In this document: positions 1 through 15,991 of the stretch, piece after piece
Layout: each line of letters begins with the position of its first letter
How positions within the stretch are numbered: position 1 is the first letter of the stretch
DNA from: Salpingoeca rosetta
Taxonomy: Eukaryota > Protista > Choanoflagellata
Assembly: GCA_033442325.1 (NCBI GenBank)
Contig: JAWQFM010000022.1
Span: forward strand, 993,926-1,057,925
Direction of reading: 5' to 3'
Length of the DNA: 64,000 nucleotides
Position numbers and translations under genes: made by a program
Notes under the pieces: model-generated
What the model was told of the DNA's origin: nothing
Seen by the model: only the letters and a program-made list of their open reading frames with translations
Databases searched by the model: none

Positions 1-421
1 AATGACGAGGCCGGCCGGGGGGCACCGGATGGGTGCGAGGTGTCTTGCCCGTCCCCATCGCCATCCCCGACACAGCGGGTCAGCAGTGGCGTCAAGTGTC
101 CAATCAGCCGCTGCACAAGCACCGTCATCGTTGTGCTTGTTTGTTGTCTGTTGTTGTGTGTTGTTGTTGGCCCCGCTTGTAAATGAAGTCTTATAAATAG
201 GCCATCGTCCTGATTACAGCATTCAACCCATCCACGTGCACAGCAAAGCACACACAACAACAGAACGCACGCTGCACCTGCTGCGCCTGCCTGCTTCCTG
301 TTGTGGTTGGTTTGACAACACCAACTTGTACCTCTTCCTCTCTCCCTCTCTCCCTCTCTCCCTCTCGGTCACATCAACCAGCACGCCTTGATCTTGTTGT
401 TCCTTCTGTTTGGCCGCAACG

Positions 422-1831
422 ATGAAGGTGGACTTTAAGCTGTCCAACCTGGCGTTTCTTCCAGATGGCAACTCCATCTGCAGCCCTGTCGGCAACCGCG
501 TCGCCATCTTCGACCTTGTCAAGTATGTCTCAACCTTTTTTTGTTGAGGACTGGCTCTTGTCTGATGATAGGCCGCTCAGTGGCTGGGATCAAAGGATGT
601 GTGGCTGGGATCAAAGGATGTGGGAGAGGAATGGAAAGTGAGAGGGTGGGGGCAAGAAGAGACAGCGATTTGAAACGGGTGCGACATCGTCGCTGCGTGT
701 CGTCTCAGCTGATGGTGACGTGACACGTTGCAGTGCATCGAGCAGCACTATCCGAGTTGCGTCGTGTCTCCACTCACGTTCTTCCTACCCCCTCCTTGAT
801 CCTTGTGCACGGCATGTTTCCTTCCTTTGTGTGCCTGTACACGCACAGCAACAAGTCTCGCACCTTCCCGCATCAGACCCGTGCCGATATTGCTGTGATT
901 GCCGTGTCCCCCAATGGCAAGCTGCTAATGGCCGTCGATGTCGGTGCGTTTGCCACGATCTTGTGTTGGGTTCGAGGGCGTTCATACAGTCAACCATCAT
1001 GGTTGTACACCAGGGGCGAGCGTCATGATCGTCCACCACACCGCAGTCTGCACACACTGGAGCCCACACCTTATGCATGCTCCCAAAGCACACAGTACAT
1101 ACCCCAATTCGCTCACACGTGTACATGCGTGTGTGCGTGTGTGTGTGTGCGTGTTTATGTGTGTGTGCGTGTTTTTTTATGTGTGTGTGTGGTCGTTTCT
1201 GATGCCATGTATTGCAGATGGGTACGCCGTCCTCATCAACATCCCGCGCAACGTGCTGCTGCATCGCATCAACTTCAAGTCACGCGTGCGCGCCCTCAAG
1301 TTCAGCCCCGACGGCCAGTACGTACATGCACACATGCACACACACACACTCATGCACGCATGGGTTGTGTGCGAGCATGGAAGTTTGTGATGGCGAAAAC
1401 ACACACTTGTGCACACATGCACACAAATCTCGAACAAATGAGTGCGTTGTCTGTGTCGCTTCCGTTTTCAGCCGTGCACGGTACTGCTTCGACGCTGACG
1501 TTATCACGTCCCTTTGCCTCTTCAGATACTTTGCGGTGACCCACGGCAAGAAGCTGCAGGTGTGGAGGACGCCAGGGCTGGAGTGCCAGTTCAACCCCTT
1601 TTCCCTGCACCGCACATACACGGGCCATTCTGATGACATCATCTCGCTGGACTGGTCGCACGACTCGCGCTACGTTGTCACGGGCTCGCTCGACTGCACG
1701 GCGCGTGTGTTTACGCTGCAGACGCTGCGCGGATACCGCCCCTGTGTGCTGGCGTCGCACAAGTCGCGGATTGTGCAGTGCGCCTTCTTCAAAGACTCAT
1801 ATGACGTGAGCATCTGCGTGTACTTTGCGAA

Positions 1832-1878
<47 letters not shown>

Positions 1879-4800
1879 TGGTGCTGCTTGCTGTCCTTTG
1901 GACATTGCTTCAAAGCGCCTGTGCTGACACAAGTGTCACCTCCCCCTCCTTTCACCCACCACCTTGTTGTATCGACCGTCATCGCTGCGGCCGCAGATTG
2001 AGACGGTGAGCCACGACGGCACGCTCGTCATCTGGAAGTGGCAGGAGCGCGAGCTCAAGATTGGTAAGAGCACACGCATTCACACGCATTCACACACACG
2101 TGGTCGTGCGTAGCATATTTTTGCACCTGCGCGGGAACACTTGCTGCCCCCCCCCCCCACACACACACACAAACGCGGTGCAGCCATCTGCTTGCCCTCA
2201 CGTGCAAACGCGCGCACCATGAACCGACATGAGCAGAGCGGGCGCCGCTGAAGAAGGCATTGTCGACGCGGCGGTCGCGGGCAATTGTGCAGGCGGTGAG
2301 GAGCATGAGGCAGCAGCAGCGCTTGGAGGAGCAGGAGGCAAGGAAGAAGGCAGCTGGTGGTGCCGCTTTCGCCCCGGGACAGAACGGCGATGGTGCTGAT
2401 GGCAATGCGATCAAGGAGGAGGAGGAAGATGAAGATGAGAGGGAGGCTGCCAGTGGCGAAGAGGACAACACCAGCGAGGGCAGCAGTGATGATGATGGTG
2501 AGGAGGACGTGGAAGGGAGCGAATCGGATGGAGATGCCGATGATGAAGACGGTCGTGATGATGGTGATGACGATGACAGTGATGGTGGCAGTGATGACGA
2601 CGACGACGACGACGCGACGGATGCCGGCGCGAAGCGATCGCGAGCGGCCGAGCGTGTTGAGGTGATTGTGTCCACACTCCCCTTCTGGTCCGTCCCAGCA
2701 AACGGCAGGCACTACTTTCGCCAGGGCAGCGCAAGGGTTGGTTGCCGATGCGTTTCTGTGTGTGAGTGTGTACATGCGTGTGTGTGCTTCTGTCTACTGG
2801 TGTCTTGACGTGCTTGTTCCTTGGTGCATGATTGCGTGTGTGCGTGAATCCACCTCTTCATATGTGTGGCTGCCGCCTTCCGATAACACCCCCCCCCCTT
2901 TCTTGCACCCTCTCACATGTGTACGTGTGTGCACAGGTGACGTGTGCTGTGCTGCACAAGGGATCGAGCATTCTCACTGTCGGCTTTTCCAACGGCGTGT
3001 TTGGTCTCTACGACCTTCCAGAGTTCAACAACATCCACACCCTCAGGTAACGCCTGCGTCACCTCTTTTCCCACCACCACCACCACCGAAAGCACCAGCC
3101 GTCACTTGGTCGTCGTGTGTTGTGTGCTGCTGTTGCTGTACTGCGTTTTGACTGTGTTGTGTCGCTACCATCGAATGTGCACCTCTCACGCCCGTCGCTG
3201 ATGGGGTGTCGATGAACAGCGTGAGTCAAAAGAGGATCACCGCTGCGGACATCAACGCATCCGGCGAATGGCTTGCACTCGGTACGTCAACGCCGACGGC
3301 TCGTGATGGGATGAGGTTGCGTGACAGACGGTCGTGTTGGTGTGCTTGTGTGCATAACTGTTTGCTTGCATCTCTGTCTGTTGCGTGCACATCTGTGTTC
3401 GGAAAGATGAAAGGATACGAACGAATAAACTCACTCCGTTTTTTTTTTTTTTTCATTGGTTGCCGTGTAACTTCTAACCCCCCCCCCCCTATTGATTGCC
3501 ACAGGGTGCTCGCGGCTTGGGCAGCTGCTGGTGTGGGAGTGGCAGTCGGAGTCGTATGTTCTCAAGCAGCAGGGCCACTTCTACGACATGGATGTCCTCA
3601 CATACAGGTACACACACGCTCGCTCTGTCTGTGTGTGTGTGCGTGCTTGTGTGTGTGTGTGTGTTTGTACGTGTGTGTACGTGCGTACGGTGGCGATCTT
3701 GCATTCACCTTTTGCTGATTGCCCATCGCCCACCCTATCCCTCTGCTGCTGCCTTTGCTGTTGTTGTACATCAGCCCTGAGGGCCACGTCATTGCCACCG
3801 GTGGCGCCGACGGAAAGGTCAAGCTCTGGAACACAACGTCTGGATTCTGCTTCGTCACATTCAAGGAACATGCCGGTACGAACACCATGCGCTTGTGTGT
3901 GCGTGTGCGAGTGTGTGTGTGTGCGAGTGTGTGTGTGTGCGAGTGTTCAGCTCACTTGCACGCCGATGATGCCACTCTCTTCATCTCACCACTACGACAC
4001 CCACCACCAACACCGCCGTATTGTGTGCACAGGCGGCATTACTGGGCTGACGTTTACGCCCAACGGGATGGCTGTGCTGTCGTCGAGTCTTGACGGGACG
4101 GTGCGCGCGTTTGATCTCATGCGCTACCGGAACTTCCGCACGTTCGCCACGCCAGAGCCCACCCAGGTGCGACCCCGCTGCATTGGTGGAGGGAGGAAGG
4201 GTTGAGGGGGCACTGATGCCAGAACGCATGCGCAGTGGCTTGCGTCCTGCCACAAAGCACATACTCTATCGCACGCGTCTGCGCCTCCACTAACATACTG
4301 CGCCCCCCCCCCCCCCTCCACAATCGTTTACGTGTGCAGCTGTCGTGCGTTGCTGTCGACCCGAGCGGGGAGCTGGTGTGCGCTGCGAGCCAGGACTCGT
4401 TTGAGATGTATGTCTGGTCCATGCAGACTGGAAAACTCGTCGACGCCCTCACAGGACACACGGTCAGATGCAGAGTGAGAGAAGAGAGAAAGAAAGAAAG
4501 AGAGAGAGTGTGTGTGTATGCATGTGTGTGTGTACATATGTGCATGTGTGTACGTTGGGGGCATGCGTAACACTTCAGTCTTGATGGCAGTGAGTGGGGG
4601 ATTGGGAGCGACCGCTTGCTTGGTTTGTTGAGTGTGGATGCAGCCGTTCAGCTCACCATCGCACACTTTGGCGTGCTATGTTTGCATTTGTTGCGTTGCC
4701 CATGGCCAGGCACCTGTGAGTGCCGTGAAGTTCCACACGGAGCAGGCAGTGCTGCTGTCCACCTCGTGGGACGGCACATTGCGCATCTGGGATATCTTTG

Positions 4801-5187
4801 AGAGCAAAGGCCAGCGCGAAGCTGTACGTACATGACACGCACCACTCTTTGGGGTTGTGGCGGCGGTGGTGGTCTGGGTGGTAAATGCACGTGCATGCAG
4901 TGAAACACACGTTTGCCTCCGTTGCTTCTTTCCTTCGCCCGCTGCTGCTTTGACTCGCCCGCTCACCACGCATTCATCTCACTTATTCGCAATCATTTGC
5001 ATGTGTGTACATGGTGTGCAGCTTGATCACGGGTCGGATGTTGTGTGCATGGCGCAGCGCAGCGACGGCAAGCAGCTCGTCACCTCCACCCTCAAGGGCT
5101 TCATCACATTCTGGGACTACCACAAGATGATCGAGCTCGGTGCGTGCTGGCGGAGTTGGAGAGTGAGCGATGGTGTGTGTTTGTGTG

Positions 5188-5219
<32 letters not shown>

Positions 5220-6575
5220 TGCGTGCGTGTGTTTGTGTGTGTGTGTGTGTGCGTGCGTGCGTGCGTTGCGGTGATTTTGAATGAATGCACGAATGTGCAC
5301 ATGGCGCGATCGTTTGCTCTATCACCGCAGCATCTGTCCTCTGCCAACCCTTCCACAATTCCACCCCACTCCACCACCTCACATTGCCACTCTACGACCA
5401 TCAACCCCGCCGCCGCCGCCGCCACGACACCTGGCAGGTTCGCTGGACTGCCGCCGGGACATTCGCAACGGGCGGCGGGATACGGATCTTGTGTCGTCCA
5501 AGCACATGAACCAGGCCCTCTGCTGGACCTCCCTCGCCTACTCCCCGGACGGATCGTGTGTCCTCGCTGGCGGTCGCACAAAGCTCGGTCCGTTGAGACG
5601 CTGCGCTGGCTTTGTTTTGTTTTGTTTTGTTTTGTTTTGTTTTGTTTTGTTTTGTTTTGTTTTGTTTGGTTGTTTGTTTGTTTGTTTGGTTGTTTGTTTG
5701 TTTGTTTGTTTGTTTGGCTGTTTGGTTGTTTGGTTGTTTGGTTGTTTGGCTGGTTGGTTGTTTGGCTGGTTGGTTTGCTTCTTCCGTTCTCCCCTTGCTC
5801 GTGTTCACGTTCCCTTTCCTCGAGCACCCATCTCACTTTCCCGTGATTGCCGTGCCTGCGCATCTCCATCTCCATCTCCAACCCCGCCGTCTTTATCGCC
5901 TGTATTGCGTGCGCGCTGCCAGTGTGCCTGTATTCGGTTGAGCAGCAGGTGCTGCTGGCGTATTTCTCCGTCAGCGAAAACCTCTCCATGGACGGCATCA
6001 AGTCGAAGCTCAACAGCAAATTCAACACAGAGGTGTGCTCGCATGCTGCTGTTGTGGTGGTGGCAGACGCGTGAAGCGTGGCGTTTGTGTTGTTGTTGCC
6101 GCTATTGCTCTTTTTCGGTCCCACTCGTGACACGCACGCACGTGTTGACGCGTTTTGTCCCGTGTCGTTGCTCATGGTTCGTGAATCAACCAACCCATTC
6201 CTCCCTAACCCTCTGTTGTGCACTGCTTGGGACGACCAATTGCCACCGGCCGCGTGCAGTTTGGGCCGCTCGCGCTGATTGACGCCGATTCGGATTCAGA
6301 CGTGGAGGAGCGCGTCGGCCAGTCCCTGCCAGGCGTCACCTCCGTAAGCACTCACTGACGCACATGCTCGTACAGACGGGAGCGTGTGTGCGTGTCTGTG
6401 TCTGTCACACACACACACATACATACAAAGGGACAGAGACATAGAGAGAACGAGACAGCAGCACGCACGGGTGCTCAATGACACCTCACAGGTGCAACTT
6501 GTTTCTGCTGCTCGTGCATCACTTGACATGACAGGGCGACCACAGCACGCGTCGCACCCGGCCAGAGGTGCGTAG

Positions 6576-6638
<63 letters not shown>

Positions 6639-7507
6639 CATTGTCATTGTCATTGTCATTGTCATTGTCATTGCTTTTCTCTTGCCTTGCATGTTCGCGA
6701 CATTCTGCAACCTCCTTGCTCTCCTGCTCAACGCCATGTTGCTGTCTGTCAGATCCGCACGAAGAGCGTTGCCTTCAGCCCCAGCGGCCACGCCTGGTCT
6801 GCCGCCACGACAGAGGGTCTCATCACATTCTCCCTCGACGACGGGTACGCTTGACTTCACTCGCAACACGAGAGAGACAGCGCGTGCGCGCGCGTGTGTG
6901 TGTGTGTGTGTATTCTACGTACGCAAGGCATCTGCATGCCTGGTGTTCATTGCTGCTTGCTCTTCTTCGATTGCTGCTTGCTCTTTGTCGTTCTCACACA
7001 TTCTCGCACGCACACGCATAAATTCCCCGCCGCACCAGTGTCCAGTTTGACCCGTACGACCTCGATGTCGACGTGACGCCGGCTACTGTTCGCGAAATCC
7101 TCGCTGAGAAGGACTTCCCAAAGGCCCTCTCAATGGCCTTCAGGTGTGCGTGCGTGCGCGTGTGTGTATGTATGTATGTGTGTGTGTGTGTCTGCGTCTG
7201 CTGGGAAACGAATCGTGCTCTTGCTGGCTTCGTTCATGTCTGTTTGCGGGCCGTGGTGTGTGTCTCTTGTGGCTGGTTGTGTCGATGGAAGTATGCACAA
7301 CAACGGTAGCATCAAAACCTGACATGTTGTGTTGTGTTGTGCGAATGCTTGGACAGGTTGAGTGAGCAGGCGCTTGTGCAAGAGGTGCTGGAGACCATCC
7401 CACCGTCGGCCGTGAAGGTTGTTGTGGAGCTGCTGCCGGTTGTGCACATTGAGCCGCTTCTCCGCGCAATCGCACGCCTTCTTCCTTCCACTCGCCACCT
7501 TGGTCAG

Positions 7508-7540
<33 letters not shown>

Positions 7541-8060
7541 TATGTGTGTATGTGTGTATGTGTGTGTGTGTGTGTGTGTGCGCGCGCGCGTTGTGTGCGC
7601 GTTGTGTGTGGGGGAATGTGTGTGTGTGTGTTGGATGCTGCTGTGTGATTTCTTTTCTGTGCGTGCGTTGTCGCTCGTTGTATCCATTCGATTCCTTGAG
7701 AAGAGTGCTCACGCTGGTGGTGGTGCTGCTTGTTGTGGTGCTGTGCCTGCAGCATTCTACATGACGTGGGTGATGCACGTGTTCAATGTGCACGGGCGAC
7801 GGCTGCGGGAGGAATCGGCGACGATGCAGGCCGTCATGCGCGAGCTGCAAAAGGCCATTACAGAGCACCACAAGACGCTTGGCAGCCTCTGCGATGACAA
7901 CACGCACATGCTCTCGTTTGCCTCGCACATGCTTGTTGCTGCGCAGCAGCGGCAGGAGGAGGGCGAGATGGAGCTTGAGTTTGGCGCAGACGAGCGCCTG
8001 ACCGGTGGTGGTGATGATGATGATGATGATGATGATGAGAAGGGTGCCGTTGATGCATAG
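422..8060 (+). CDS. PWP2: Periodic tryptophan protein 2 (UTP1), WD40 SSU processome subunit; multi-exon
   Basis: Spliced exons read MKVDFKLSNL..DGNSICSPVGNRVAIFDLV|NNKSRTF, HRINFKSRVRALKFSPDG, GQLLVWEWQSESYVLKQQGH, SSSLDGTVRAFDLMRYRNFRTF, FSPSGHAWSAATTEGL and FDPYDLDVDVTP, ending in a Utp12-like helical C-terminus (GAVDA*). The junctions checked are GT-AG and keep phase (exon 1 422-522, exon 2 849-943). Confidence 0.95.
580..622. repeat. 21-bp tandem duplication (gtggctgggatcaaaggatgt x2) in PWP2 intron 1
   Basis: Two adjacent identical copies are visible. Confidence 0.85.
5611..5778. repeat. Intronic (TTTTG)n/(TTTG)n/(TTGG)n compound microsatellite
   Basis: Seen directly in a PWP2 intron. 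Confidence 0.9.
6577..6672. repeat. Intronic (GCT)n followed by (GTCATT)n
   Basis: Seen directly just after a donor site. The poly-Ala ORFs here are artefacts. Confidence 0.85.
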
Positions 8061-8321
8061 ATACAGACTTGTGGGGACCTGAGGTGTTGTTTTGCGTGCT
8101 GTGTGTGCTGTGTGTGTTCTGTTGTGCGTGGTGGTCTGAAAGTAAAAACGTGTAACGGGATGCCCATGCATGTCTGCCAATCACATGCATGGAAGGTGCG
8201 ATGGTGCTGTGTGGGTGTGTGTCGCAAACCATCCTGGCGCCACTATTTTGTGGTGTCGTGGCCTGCCCATCGTTTTCGTTGCTGCTCGAACGCGTTCGCC
8301 GCCACGAAAAGGAAAAACGGT

Positions 8322-8376
<55 letters not shown>

Positions 8377-8827
8377 NNNNNNNNNNNNNNNNNNNNNNNN
8401 NNNNNNNNNNNNNNNNNNNNNNNNNNNNNNNNNNNNNNNNNNNNNNNNNNNNNNNNNNNNNNNNNNNNNNNNNNNNNNNNNNNNNNNNNNNNNNNNNNNN
8501 NNNNNNNNNNNNNNNNNNNNNNNNNNNNNNNNNNNNNNNNNNNNNNNNNNNNNNNNNNNNNNNNNNNNNNNNNNNNNNNNNNNNNNNNNNNNNNNNNNNN
8601 NNNNNNNNNNNNNNNNNNNNNNNNNNNNNNNNNNNNNNNNNNNNNNNNNNNNNNNNNNNNNNNNNNNNNNNNNNNNNNNNNNNNNNNNNNNNNNNNNNNN
8701 NNNNNNNNNNNNNNNNNNNNNNNNNNNNNNNNNNNNNNNNNNNNNNNNNNNNNNNNNNNNNNNNNNNNNNNNNNNNNNNNNNNNNNNNNNNNNNNNNNNN
8801 NNNNNNNNNNNNNNNNNNNNNNNNNNN
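8377..8827. other. Assembly gap (N) flanked by (GT)n
   Basis: Run of N. Confidence 1.
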
Positions 8828-8836
8828 AAAAAGAGT

Positions 8837-8955
<119 letters not shown>

Positions 8956-8974
8956 CTGCAGTGTGTGTGTGTGC

Positions 8975-9006
<32 letters not shown>

Positions 9007-9140
9007 TGTGTGTGTGTGCGTGTGTGCGCGACTCTGTCTCTCTCTCTCTCTCTTCTCTGTATGTGTGAACACACTTTGTTCCTTCCACCCCCGCGTACGC
9101 GCTCTCTCACTGTGCTTTGGATGTGCTTTGGGACAGAGGC

Positions 9141-12898
<3,758 letters not shown>

Positions 12899-13914
12899 CT
12901 CTGTACGGCAGGACAGGTGAACCAGTTTGACTATGTATGTTTGGACTTTGTGTGGGGTTGTAGCAAGACAGACAGACCACCAACAAGCAGCACAGTACAG
13001 CATGCGCCTTGTACCATGCTGCTGTGCTGCGACACGTACTTGCCGCTCTCAAGCACAGACATCAACGAGTAAAGCGCAAAGCAGGCCATGACGTGTGCAC
13101 ACAAAAATCCCATCACGCATGGCAAAATCCTGTTTGCCAAACTGTTTGTATTTTTGTGTGTGTCCACCCTGTTTGCCATGACGTCATGGTTTGGGCCTGA
13201 TACGCCCAGTGTGACGCAGCATCACAAATGGAGTTGGAGACACCATCCATCAATGCTTGTCTGTGTTGTGACTGTGCGAAAGCATGTCACTTTCAAAAAC
13301 ATGTCAATCAGTTGTGCCGTTGATTGGTCGTGCACTTTGCCTGCGTCTGGTTGTATTCTTGTCTTGTGTGCTTGTGTGTGTCACCTCCAGTTGTCAGTGA
13401 ACACCGTCGTTGCATCAGCGGCAGTGAAAAGTGGCCAGCAGCAACGCCTGCAGACAAAGGCACCCGCCCCGCCCCCTTGCTCCAGTTTTCAGTGTAGCAG
13501 TGTGCTTCTGCCTTCTTTCTCTTTGTTGGTCTGTTGTCGCACACACACACACACTCTCTCTGTTGTTTTCTGGAGCTTGGGCGTGACACGCACAAAGTGA
13601 CATGGCGGGGAATTGCTCGTGTCTCAGCGCCTCCAGCGGCTGAGTTGCGACTGTGCACAAGTGCTGAACGCCACACAACATCCCCCACCCCCACACACAG
13701 AGAGACACACAGCTCTCCTACTCTGGACCACTACCAGCTCAGCGGAATACAAGTGTGAGATGCTCAGTGAGCCAGTTCATTTTCCAGCTCATCAAGCAAC
13801 CAGCCAAACCAAGAACCTAAGAACCTCCGCCCCGAGGCACCGCACTTCCAAGCCAACGTCAACCCTCAACCAACCCCCTTCGTCCTTCGTCCTTCATCAC
13901 CTCCCTCGTCCGGC

Positions 13915-14643
13915 ATGCTCGGAGTTCTCTTCAATGGCGGCTTTGGCTGCATTCTTGCAGGGCTTCTTTTGGGGGCAGCGTTCTCGCAGCAACATGTCGT
14001 CACGGCCGCCCTCCCGGCGGCCCCCATCGACGCCATCAACGACGACGCCCGCCTCGCCCCCCTGGACTGCGCCCGTGCCTCTGGGTACAACGTGAGTTGC
14101 TGCCCATTCACCTGCACGCCGACGTTTGACCCGCACACGGAGATCGTTCCTGTTCCAGGGCAGCGTGCGGCCGTCGCCCTCGTCATGGCATTCAACGACT
14201 GCCCGCAAGGACCCGGGCACTACACGTGGCGGGTCGATTGGCATGACGGGTGCGTCACCTCAGGAACCTACGACCACCTCCTGCAGGTGCACGAACAGCA
14301 CCAATGTAAGTCACAGCGCGCCTCATAGATGCTTGGGGTGTGTTGCTGCCTCTTTTGGGCACGCGGAGAATAGGGCAGTGTCTGCACAACACAACATGTG
14401 ATGCTCTCTGGCACGGGTACGACACACTTTGCACGTAAAGTCTTCAAGTTACTCTCTCCTCATCCTCACTACCCTCACTGCGTCGTGGGGTTGACTGGCG
14501 TGGTTTCTGTTGCGTTACAAACTGTGGTCACAATCACAGATGCCAAGGCTGGCGTGTACGAGATCACCGCAGAGTACTGCTCCACGCCCGCCCCTGGCTG
14601 CTCCTCCTGCTCCACCATGACCACGACCATCAACGTGCACTGA
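13915..14643 (+). CDS. Small secreted Cys-containing PKD-like domain protein (exons 13915-14305, 14540-14643)
   Basis: Hydrophobic signal-like N-terminus. After splicing (t|gtaagt...cag|at) it reads YTWRVDWHDG..HQYAKAGVYEITAEYC, resembling the PKD pattern WxxxxDG..HxYxxPGxYxV. Confidence 0.65.
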
Positions 14644-15195
14644 GGCTGCCGAATTGGAGGATCCTCGCTCGTCTGCTCCCCTCTTTCTCTTCTTTCTCTT
14701 CTTGTTCTTCTTTGTCCCCTCCCTCCTTCCACATTGTCCGTGCTCTTCTTTGTCCCCTCCCTCCTTTTCCTCTCTCTGTCTCTTTGTGTCTGTCTGTTTG
14801 CCTGTCCGTCTGTCTGTCTGTCTGTCTGTCTGTTTGTTTGTCTGTCTGTCTGTCTGTGTGTCTGTGTGTCTGTCTCTGTGTCTGGTATGCTTCGTTTGCG
14901 CTCTGTTGCCTTTGTGCGTGTGCGTTCAAGTACGCAGAGTTGATTCCTTGCTTCTTGGCTGCACACCGGGCAACTGCAACGTGAGCGACGTGTTCTCTTC
15001 TGCTTTGGTCTCTGCCTGTGCGTGATGTGATTTGATTTGAGTACACCCACACCCCAAAGAAGCAACCACCATGAAGACTTGAAGAAGTGAAGCACTGAAG
15101 CAGAACAAGAAGGGTGTGCGTTTTTGTGCGGCAGGAGAAAGGAGAAAGGGGGTAGGGGGGTTTGGGAATTGAGGTGAGGGAGGGAGACAGACAGA

Positions 15196-15240
<45 letters not shown>

Positions 15241-15401
15241 TCACACACTCACTCACTCACTCACTCACACACACAGACAAACACACCACAGCGAGACAGC
15301 ACACATACACACAAGCACTGCGCCGCGACACGACACACAAAAACATTGAACGGATATCAACGCGAACGCTATCGACAACCGCACGCCACACATCAAGCAA
15401 G

Positions 15402-15951
15402 ATGGGTAAGAACCAGCACTCGAAGGATCGCCTGTTCATCACGGCGTCAGAATGGGCAACCTTGTACGGCGGAAAGAAGAAGGAAGCACCAGGTACGTGT
15501 CGTGTGTCATGCATGCTTTCGGGTGTGTGTGTGTGTGTTGTGTTGTGTTGTGTTGTGTTGTGTTGTGTTGTGTTGTGTTGTGTTGTGGTTTGTTGTTCGA
15601 GTTGCAACGGTTTCCTGGTGTCCTTCTTCCTGGGCACACCTCGTTCCTCGTTCACGCAACCTCACCACTTTGCCTTGCCGGTTTGCCATCTGCGCTTCCT
15701 TGCTGGCAATCAATTGCAGGCGCGAGTGCCAAGTACAAGAAGCTTCCCTTTGACTGCTGTTGTTTGTCGCTGCAGCCGGTCGAGCACCCCATGTGTACCC
15801 GAGATGGCTACGTGTTTGATCTCGTCAACATTGTCCCCTTTATTCGCAAGCATGGCCTACACCCCGTCACCGGCGAGAAGCTTGCGCTCAAGGACCTCAT
15901 CAAGCTCAACTTCACAAAGTAGACCTCTTGAGCGCTTCAACCACCTCTCGC

Positions 15952-15991
<40 letters not shown>

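Noticed and set aside
5578-5592. Possible GC-AG donor in PWP2 (aa|gctcgg)
   Set aside because: A canonical GT a few bases later (ctcg|gtccgt) keeps the frame and gives KLVCLY.
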